Source: Deinococcales bacterium
Lineage (GTDB): Bacteria; Deinococcota; Deinococci; Deinococcales; JAAFIG01
NCBI GenBank assembly: GCA_043778225.1
Contig: JAYWGM010000021.1
Coordinates: 1 to 39,355, forward strand
DNA length: 39,355 bases
Direction: 5' to 3'
A model generated the notes under the pieces. That model did no database searches. It was not told the DNA's origin and saw only the letters and a program-made list of their open reading frames with translations. Positions 31,156 to 39,355 of this stretch are shown one piece after another. Made by a program: the position numbers and the translations under genes. How positions within the stretch are numbered: position 1 is the stretch's first letter; each line of letters starts with the position of its first letter.

Positions 31156-31646
31156 TATTCGCCAGGGAATTTTTGGTACTTTTTATAAAACTCGAGAATG
31201 CTACCTTCTTTCAGGGCTTCACGCAAAAATTCGGGTGGTGGTGGAAGGCGCAGCACTTCGCCATCGGCTCGAGTGATAATACCTTCGTCGCGGTTGTACG
31301 TTACTTCTTCGCCGTCCGTAAGAATTTCTGGGATTTGTAAATCATCAAAGGCTGGAATGCCAAGGTTCAGTAAATTCCGATAATGAATCCGTGCAAATGA
31401 TTGCGCGATAATCCCACCAATCTCGAGTTTTTTGAGTGCCATCGGCGCATATTCTCGAGAACTGCCTAAGCCCCAGTTCTTACCGCCAACCAGCAAATCG
31501 CCCTTTTTCACTTCGGCTGCAAATTCAGGGCGAAAATGGGCAAAAGCGTATTTGTAAAAACCCTCGCCAGCCATAAACGGGGCGTACTTACCGGGTAGAA
31601 TATCGTCGGTGTTGATAGAATTTCCAAATTTCCAAACTCGAGCCAT
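31155..31646 (-). CDS. lysU: Homoaconitase small subunit (LeuD/HacB family)
   Basis: INTDDILPGKYAPF, NWGLGSSRE.A and SFARIHYRNL.NLG; lys cluster context. Confidence 0.88.
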   Translation of the reverse strand: MARVWKFGNSINTDDILPGKYAPFMAGEGFYKYAFAHFRPEFAAEVKKGDLLVGGKNWGLGSSREYAPMALKKLEIGGIIAQSFARIHYRNLLNLGIPAFDDLQIPEILTDGEEVTYNRDEGIITRADGEVLRLPPPPEFLREALKEGSILEFYKKYQKFPGE

Positions 31647-31721
31647 TAGGTGTTCTCCATTTTTAATACTCTTAAATGATACAGTTTTTCTGGGAAATTT
31701 CGGATAACCAGCAGAACCAGT

Positions 31722-31900
31722 TTACCCAATGTTGGTCGTAATTTCGCCACGCAGATAAACAACGGCTTGTCCACAAATTAAGACACATTGACCACGCAAT
31801 TCGCATTTCAAAATTCCACCTCGGTTAGAAAGTTGTCGCGCCTCGAGCTTGGTTTTACCCAGTCGCTCTGCCCAAAATGGTGTCAGGGTCGCATGGATTG
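31722..31900 (-). pseudogene. C-terminal remnant of a PhzF-family epimerase gene
   Basis: HATLTPFWAERLGKT.L.ARQLS.RGG.L.C....V.I.GQAV.YLRGEI matches the PhzF C-terminus. The preceding EDPVTGS motif and the N-terminal ~200 aa are absent. Confidence 0.75.
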
Positions 31901-32067
31901 AATGTCCACGCTGTTTTGTGTTGTTCAGGATCGAGTTTATCATACTGCACAATCTGTAACAAATGAGACAAAGCCAATTGTAGAGTATGATTCGGGATGA
32001 CCATGACTAAGAAAGCACTACCAATAGGCTCGAGTAGCTTTGTGTCAATTGTTGTAGAAGCAACACT

Positions 32068-32610
32068 TCACTCATGTGATTTTTTGAGTGTGAGCCTGTT
32101 TCTAATGTCTTGTTCGAGATAATACAAATTTTTTTCTGTAATTACCACGAAAAGAGAAATTGGCAATCGTTCATAGCTCGAACAAAGAACAAATTGAAAG
32201 AGACCAGACGCATCTGGAGCCTGAGTATAATCAGCATAAACTTCGAGTTGATTAAAAGAATCTAGCCTGAGTCGCCGAACTTGCTGAATAAAGACTCTTT
32301 GGGTGGTGATTTCAATAACGTTATTTTCTGGCTCTGCATTCACAAAAATACTTATGGGATAAAGCCATTCTTGCAAAAGTAGCCAGCAAAGCCACACGCA
32401 TCCTAAGCCTATCCCAACGTATGATTCAAAACCAAACCAACCAATAGCAGCAGGTAAAAGAGTCAAACTTCCAAATACCAAGAGTCTTGCACTTAAACCT
32501 CGCTTTGATTCCAGCTTAAATCGATTTGAATTTTTCTCACCATGGTAATTGAGTGTTTCGTCTCGCCCTGAAGCAATGTTGCCTAGTGTATTTGCAAAAC
32601 GCTCAATCAT
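32068..32610 (-). CDS. Hypothetical membrane protein (2 TM helices), AT-rich
   Basis: 180-aa ORF with an ATGA overlap on the lysT stop; two hydrophobic segments. Confidence 0.6.
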   Translation of the reverse strand: MIERFANTLGNIASGRDETLNYHGEKNSNRFKLESKRGLSARLLVFGSLTLLPAAIGWFGFESYVGIGLGCVWLCWLLLQEWLYPISIFVNAEPENNVIEITTQRVFIQQVRRLRLDSFNQLEVYADYTQAPDASGLFQFVLCSSYERLPISLFVVITEKNLYYLEQDIRNRLTLKKSHE

Positions 32611-33851
32611 AATAGAGTCGCAATATCTGATGGTAAGGCAATACTGCCCATAATGGCAGTGGCAGCAGCTACGGCTGGACTGGCTAAATAAATTTCGGCA
32701 TCTTTATCGCCCATGCGCCCTATAAAATTGCGATTGCTGGTCGAAACACAAACCTCGCCGGGCGCGAGTACGCCTTGGTGTCTGCCCATGCACGGACCAC
32801 AGCCGGGCGTGGAGAGCGTGCCACCAGCTTGGATAATCGTTAAGAGCGTGCCGTCCTGCATGGCTGCCTCGAGAACTTCGGAACTGGCTGGAATGACCAG
32901 TAACCTTGTGTGCGAAGCCACTTTATGACCTTTGAGAATCGCAGCAGCAATTTGTAAATCCTCGAGCCGCCCGTTGGTGCAAGTGCCAATGAACACTTGG
33001 TCTACGCGCTTGCCACGTAAACTCGAGACGCTTTCGACATTATCCACGTAACTTGGTACGCTTATGCGTGGGGTTAAGGCAGCGCAGTCAATGGTTATTT
33101 CTTTTGCATAAACCGCGCCTTCGTCGGGGTAAACCCAATCTGGAACGTTGTACATGGTTAGTATTTCGCCGCCCGGTACGACCATGCCGGCTTTTGCGCC
33201 AGCTTCAACACATAGGTTGGCGAGGGTCATCCGTTCGCCCCTCGAGAAGTTGTCCCCAGCATGAATTTCAATTGCCATGTACGTTGCGCCGTCAGCGGTC
33301 AGAAGCCGAATCATCTCGAGGGCAATGTCTTTGGCGCTGACATCACCAGTTGGCATTCCAAGCAGGGTTACTTTGACACTCTCGGGAACTTTTAACCATG
33401 TTTTACCACTGGCGGCAGCCAGCGCAATGTCGGTTGCGCCCATGCCCGTGCCAAAGGCTGCCACTGCGCCGTAAGTCGTGCTGTGAGAGTCCGAACCCAG
33501 CACAATCGCACCCGGAAAAGCCAGACGTTCTTCGATTAAGACCTGATGGCAAATGCCGCGTCCGACATCAAAAAGTTTTACGCCAGTCTCGAGCGCGAAT
33601 TTTCGGCTGACTTGGTGCGATTTAGCGACATTGACACTGCTGGCAGGTGCAACGTGGTCTATGACAATGCTGACCCGCTCTGGGTACTTTGGTTTAGCAT
33701 GAAGTTCTTGCTCGAGAATTTCGATCACACTTTCGGCAATTGAATCCACAATCATGACGTTATCCACTTCGACCACAGCCAAATCGAGAGCGTACACGGT
33801 TTTATTGCCTTTTTTGGAAAGAATTTTTTCTGCCATTGTTTGCGGTTTCAT
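32607..33851 (-). CDS. lysT: Homoaconitase large subunit (LeuC/HacA family)
   Basis: DHVAP, GICHQ, GSDSHSTTYGA, IGTCTNGR, PGCGPCMG and STSNRNF.GRMG; lys cluster context. Confidence 0.9.
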   Translation of the reverse strand: MKPQTMAEKILSKKGNKTVYALDLAVVEVDNVMIVDSIAESVIEILEQELHAKPKYPERVSIVIDHVAPASSVNVAKSHQVSRKFALETGVKLFDVGRGICHQVLIEERLAFPGAIVLGSDSHSTTYGAVAAFGTGMGATDIALAAASGKTWLKVPESVKVTLLGMPTGDVSAKDIALEMIRLLTADGATYMAIEIHAGDNFSRGERMTLANLCVEAGAKAGMVVPGGEILTMYNVPDWVYPDEGAVYAKEITIDCAALTPRISVPSYVDNVESVSSLRGKRVDQVFIGTCTNGRLEDLQIAAAILKGHKVASHTRLLVIPASSEVLEAAMQDGTLLTIIQAGGTLSTPGCGPCMGRHQGVLAPGEVCVSTSNRNFIGRMGDKDAEIYLASPAVAAATAIMGSIALPSDIATLL

Positions 33852-33879
33852 TTTTTTACCTCAGTGCTACTATTCTATT

Positions 33880-34224
33880 ATGCGATTCATGACCATTGTG
33901 CTTTTCCAAGACCCAAGCGAGCCAGAAGTCTGGTATGGGGCTGTGCCAGCTATGCGTGGTGTGCATTCAGATGGTGCAACTCGAGACGAGGCACTTAAAA
34001 TGACGACCTTAGCACTCGAGGGGACGCTCGAATTATTTTTTGAATTGGGGCGTTTGCTACCATCAGTGGCTACCGATTTAGACTTTGGATTAGCCCAGAT
34101 TCGGACTGATTTTGGTTTGCCAGACGCAGCCTTTGAAACGGTTCGGGTGGATTTATCAGTTAGTTTTACAGCATCGGCATTGTTTGAAACCGAGGTGAGG
34201 TCTTTTGCCACCGCGTCCGGCTGA
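33880..34224 (+). CDS. hicB: HicB-family antitoxin (no obvious DNA-binding C-terminal domain)
   Basis: [22 protein letters not shown]....AL partial RNase H fold pattern; adjacent to hicA. Confidence 0.8.
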   Translation: MRFMTIVLFQDPSEPEVWYGAVPAMRGVHSDGATRDEALKMTTLALEGTLELFFELGRLLPSVATDLDFGLAQIRTDFGLPDAAFETVRVDLSVSFTASALFETEVRSFATASG

Positions 34225-34412
34225 GGTTGCCAGAAAATTACGTCGGATTGGCTTTGAAGAATTTACAACCAAAGGTGGGCATCGGCATTATTTTCATCCA
34301 GATGGTAGGTTTACGGTTGTTCCGTTTCATTCGGGCGAAATGAAAAGAGGGTACATATCGTGCAATTTTGACGCAAGCTGGGCTGACTGAAGAAGAATTC
34401 CGCGACCTCTAA
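34205..34412 (+). pseudogene. hicA: HicA mRNase toxin with a 1-nt frameshift
   Basis: L.R.GF....KGGH..Y.HPDGR.TVVP.H. Removing one base at 34343-34351 restores ..[20 protein letters not shown] ending at 34412. Confidence 0.85.
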
Positions 34413-35236
34413 AAACCCAATTCTTTCATCGCCACTTGGCGCATTAAGTTGGTGTCTGGCTTGAGTCCAGTCCAGAGTTCAAAGGCTTTTGCACCTTGGT
34501 AGACAAGCATTCCTAGACCGTCTACAGTTTGAATGCCAGCTTTTCGTGCTACCCGCAATAGCCGTGTCTCGAGTGGGCGGTAGACAATATCGCAGACCCA
34601 TGGCTTGCTGTTTTCGCCACCCATCGGCAGAAGCTCGTCGGGAATAGGGGAGAGGTCTGGCTGCTCGAGTCCGACACTGGTGGTGTTGACCAGTCCGACA
34701 GAGCCATGAATTGCGTTTTCTAGCAGATCATCCGAAAGAAAAGCATCTAAATCGAGTTCTGTCGCCAAGACTCTGGCACGTTCAAAATTGCGATTCCAAA
34801 CCGTAACCAGCGCTCCCGCTTGTTTGAGTCCATACGCCACGGCTCTGGCTGCACCGCCAGCCCCAAGTACCACTACGTCTGTGTTTTGCACGTGAATTCC
34901 AGCTTCTTCAAGTGAACGCATAAAGCCATACGCATCGGTGTTGTGTCCCTCGAGCCAACCGTTTTTGACGACAATCGTGTTGACCGCGCCAATGATTTTG
35001 GCTTCGGTAGAAATACTGTCCAAAGTCTCAAGAACCGCTTGTTTGTGGGGAATGCTCAGGTTAACGCCCCATGTGTCAGTCTGGCGTAGTTGCTCGAGGG
35101 CTGCCTTGAGATTTTCGGGTGGCACATCCAAAGCCTCGTATTGGGCATTGATACCAAGGGCTTGTAGGGCGGCGTTGTGCATGACTGGTGAGAGGCTGTG
35201 TTTGACTGGATGGGCAAATAAAAAGGCTTTGGTCAC
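34409..35236 (-). CDS. aroE: Shikimate dehydrogenase
   Basis: HSLSPVMHN, N.SIPHK, GAVNT, NTDAYGF, GAGGAARA, DIVY.P and DGLGMLVYQ. Confidence 0.96.
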   Translation of the reverse strand: MTKAFLFAHPVKHSLSPVMHNAALQALGINAQYEALDVPPENLKAALEQLRQTDTWGVNLSIPHKQAVLETLDSISTEAKIIGAVNTIVVKNGWLEGHNTDAYGFMRSLEEAGIHVQNTDVVVLGAGGAARAVAYGLKQAGALVTVWNRNFERARVLATELDLDAFLSDDLLENAIHGSVGLVNTTSVGLEQPDLSPIPDELLPMGGENSKPWVCDIVYRPLETRLLRVARKAGIQTVDGLGMLVYQGAKAFELWTGLKPDTNLMRQVAMKELGF

Positions 35237-35859
35237 GCTTTTATTGTAGCCTGTAAGATGCCCAATATCGATGCCTCGAGACTCTGCCCTTGGCTGTCGG
35301 CATAGGCAAGCAGTTTTTGATGAAATTCTGGCTCGAGTTTAAGTTCGACAGTCATTGGTTGATTTACGGCACTGGCTTCTGGGGTTCGCAGACCCTCGAG
35401 TACCCGCCGCATTACCCCACGAATGCCACCCTCGAGTTCGCCTAAAATCTGACCAACAGCAATTCCACCGGTCATTTGTCTCCCCGAAATTTCGGCTTGT
35501 CGAATCACGCCAAGCAATAAATGCCCAGGCGAGACCTGACTGGCTTGTAAGCGCCGTGCTTCGGATGCTGCTGTTTCCATGCTCAGCCGTGCAGCTTCGG
35601 TGATTTCAAGCGTTGTTTCGTGGCTGGTTTCGCGCCGACCAACGATTTGCTCGAGCCGTGTTCGGGCTTCACCAAGTGGTAAAGACAAAGTTTGGGCAAA
35701 GGAATCATTCTGGCGCAATACCCCAAGCAGCAAATGTTCTGGCGCAATTCTGGGATGTCCAAGACGCAGGGCTTCTTCTCGAGCAAAGCCCAAAACCATT
35801 CGTGCTTGGTCGTCAAAACGGTGCATGGTGCTAGTTATATCGGGTTTAGGTGGGTTCAT
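35233..35859 (-). CDS. Clp N-terminal (double Clp-R) domain protein with C-terminal ribbon-helix-helix-like segment
   Basis: RFDDQARMVL..AREEA.RLGH..I.PEHLLLG and A..EARRL....V..GHLLLG repeats; no AAA+ domain; C-terminal MTVELKLEPEFHQKL..YA...GQSL...I..IL. Confidence 0.8.
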   Translation of the reverse strand: MNPPKPDITSTMHRFDDQARMVLGFAREEALRLGHPRIAPEHLLLGVLRQNDSFAQTLSLPLGEARTRLEQIVGRRETSHETTLEITEAARLSMETAASEARRLQASQVSPGHLLLGVIRQAEISGRQMTGGIAVGQILGELEGGIRGVMRRVLEGLRTPEASAVNQPMTVELKLEPEFHQKLLAYADSQGQSLEASILGILQATIKA

Positions 35860-35942
35860 ACACTCAACTTTAGGTTAGGTAGGCACTTGCTGGACAGGAA
35901 TTTTCTCACAAATTTGACTCGAGAACCGTAAGCCCTAACCAT

Positions 35943-35972
35943 AAAAAATGATGCCGCGTTTCAACGGCATCA
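35943..35972 (-). terminator. Rho-independent terminator of the 35993-36676 gene
   Basis: TGATGCCG / CGGCATCA stem followed by six T residues on the - strand. Confidence 0.7.
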
Positions 35973-35992
35973 CTTGGGGGTAGGGCTAGATT

Positions 35993-36676
35993 TTAGCGTC
36001 TGCCACCGCCACGTCCGCCATGCAGTCCAAAGTTGGCATCGGCTTGGGCGCGAGCCAAAATCGAATCGGCTTGGGCTTGGGTTAAGGTTTTGGCTTTAAC
36101 GGCGGCATCCAACTGGGCTTTTAAGTTGTTAATCACTGCATTCTTAACCGTCTCGAGGGTCACTTTTTGGGTTGTCGCAAGGCTGGTCAGGGTTTGTCCA
36201 GCCCGCAGTTGGGCATCGAGTTGAACGGCTGTTAAATTCAGGGCTTTAGCCGCACTCTCGAGCAACGAAATTTGGCTGAGGTTTGCGCCCATCATGCCAC
36301 CATCCATGCCACGTCTGCCATCGCGTCCTTGTCCATCTCGATCGTTACCACGTCCGCCGCCACCGCCACGCTCCCAAACGCCCAAACGCCCTTGTCCGAC
36401 TTGGGTTTTGAGTTGTTCGGCTTGGGTCTTGGTGATGTCTTGGTTTTTGAGCATTTCGTCTACGGTCGCGTTGCCAGCAGTTTTCAGGGCTGCCTCGAGT
36501 TTGGCTTGGTCTACGCCCAATGTGCCAGCCAATTTTTGGACAAAGGTTTTGGAATAATCCACAGCTTGTTGAACCACGCTGGTTGTGCCAGTTTGCTGTG
36601 CCATAACAGCGTTGTAGGTTAAAGGTGTGACCACGAGGGCGAAGGCGGCGAGGGCGGTTTTCAGGTGCTTATTCAT
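35993..36676 (-). CDS. Secreted helical protein with internal duplication and Gly/Arg-rich linkers
   Basis: Signal peptide MNKHLKTALAAFALVV..AVMA/Q; AAGGAG SD before ATG 36676; two similar LA..LG/LN...ITKTQA/LTQAQA modules. Confidence 0.8.
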   Translation of the reverse strand: MNKHLKTALAAFALVVTPLTYNAVMAQQTGTTSVVQQAVDYSKTFVQKLAGTLGVDQAKLEAALKTAGNATVDEMLKNQDITKTQAEQLKTQVGQGRLGVWERGGGGGRGNDRDGQGRDGRRGMDGGMMGANLSQISLLESAAKALNLTAVQLDAQLRAGQTLTSLATTQKVTLETVKNAVINNLKAQLDAAVKAKTLTQAQADSILARAQADANFGLHGGRGGGRR

Positions 36677-36980
36677 ATTTTTCTCCTTAGTGAACACCTT
36701 GGTGTTCGTGCCAATAAGGTAGCGCGGCTTGGTAACGGTTGGGTTACAGCCTTTGTTACTGAGGGCGGTAAGAGCATCCTCAAAGCTCATAGGCTTTTGT
36801 GCGTGGCTTGGCTGTACGAACCAAGTGTGCATAAAGGGCAAAACAATTTGAACAATCAACAGCTTCGTGTCTGGTTACTCGAGAAGTGTCGGTTTTTTCT
36901 GACAACTTGCACTTTTTTTGATGTACAACTTGCTAAAAAATTGTGTTAGGCTAAGGGTCGTAAGTTAGAGGAGAGTCGAA

Positions 36981-39113
<2,133 letters not shown>

Positions 39114-39201
39114 GTATTATTTTGTGGGGCGAAGTGCCTCGTTAAGTAAGTTTTTATGGGCTTTCACATTAAACTATCTCTCACGAACTCCCCCAGCGCT
39201 G

Positions 39202-39225
39202 ACCCCCTCTTTTGAGGGGGTTTTT
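39202..39225 (+). terminator. Rho-independent terminator after glnA
   Basis: ACCCCCTC-TTTT-GAGGGGGT followed by TTTT. Confidence 0.75.
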
Positions 39226-39355
39226 GGTTGGTGGGTTATGGCTTTTATCCTCATGTTATACCGTCTTTATTTAGATACTATGCAATCCGCAAAAAACGCG
39301 GATTGCTTCGTACCTGTCAAAGACGATATTTGTTGATACTCCTTTTAGTCGGGAA

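Noticed and set aside
31155..33851. leuC/leuD assignment
   Set aside because: The short archaeal-type subunits sit with lysW and lysX, which favours homoaconitase LysT/LysU. Substrate specificity is not provable from sequence alone.
33852..33879. Lysine riboswitch or leader-peptide attenuator before lysT
   Set aside because: Only 28 bp separate lysT from the divergent hicB, and no Lys-rich leader or terminator is visible.
39124..39336. 70-aa ORF or ncRNA after glnA
   Set aside because: It spans a terminator and a decayed REP. The hairpin at about 39282-39306 alone does not support an RNA gene.

Overview
Mostly housekeeping chromosome from a Deinococcota (Deinococcus-Thermus) bacterium. The assignment rests on the LysW-type lysine genes, an 889-aa PilF-type ATPase, a PolX-PHP protein and many apparently leaderless genes. 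The window holds about 33 protein-coding loci and one tRNA-Ser(GGA): nth, lysY/argC, pilB/pilF, a SARP-NB-ARC-TPR STAND protein, an M20 peptidase, aroA, an MCP, a TrxB-type FNR, pdxST, polX, xdhC, an interrupted lysT-lysU-(fic)-lysV-lysW-lysX cluster, hicB with a frameshifted hicA, aroE, a ClpN-RHH fusion and a type III glutamine synthetase. Best candidate for a new system: a compact three-gene operon at 23299-27917 (- strand) encoding XPB helicase, a small protein resembling TFIIH p8/Tfb5, and an 862-aa protein with a p52/Tfb2-like layout plus a C-terminal WYL-like domain. This suggests a bacterial XPB-p52-p8 (TFIIH-core-like) translocase module; the p8 and p52 calls are inference from by-eye pattern matching. 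Also notable: roughly 20-fold over-representation of the palindrome CTCGAG, with gaps over AT-rich segments; two families of short intergenic repeats; and a PolX missing its third catalytic Asp. All homology calls come from motif recognition, with no database searches.
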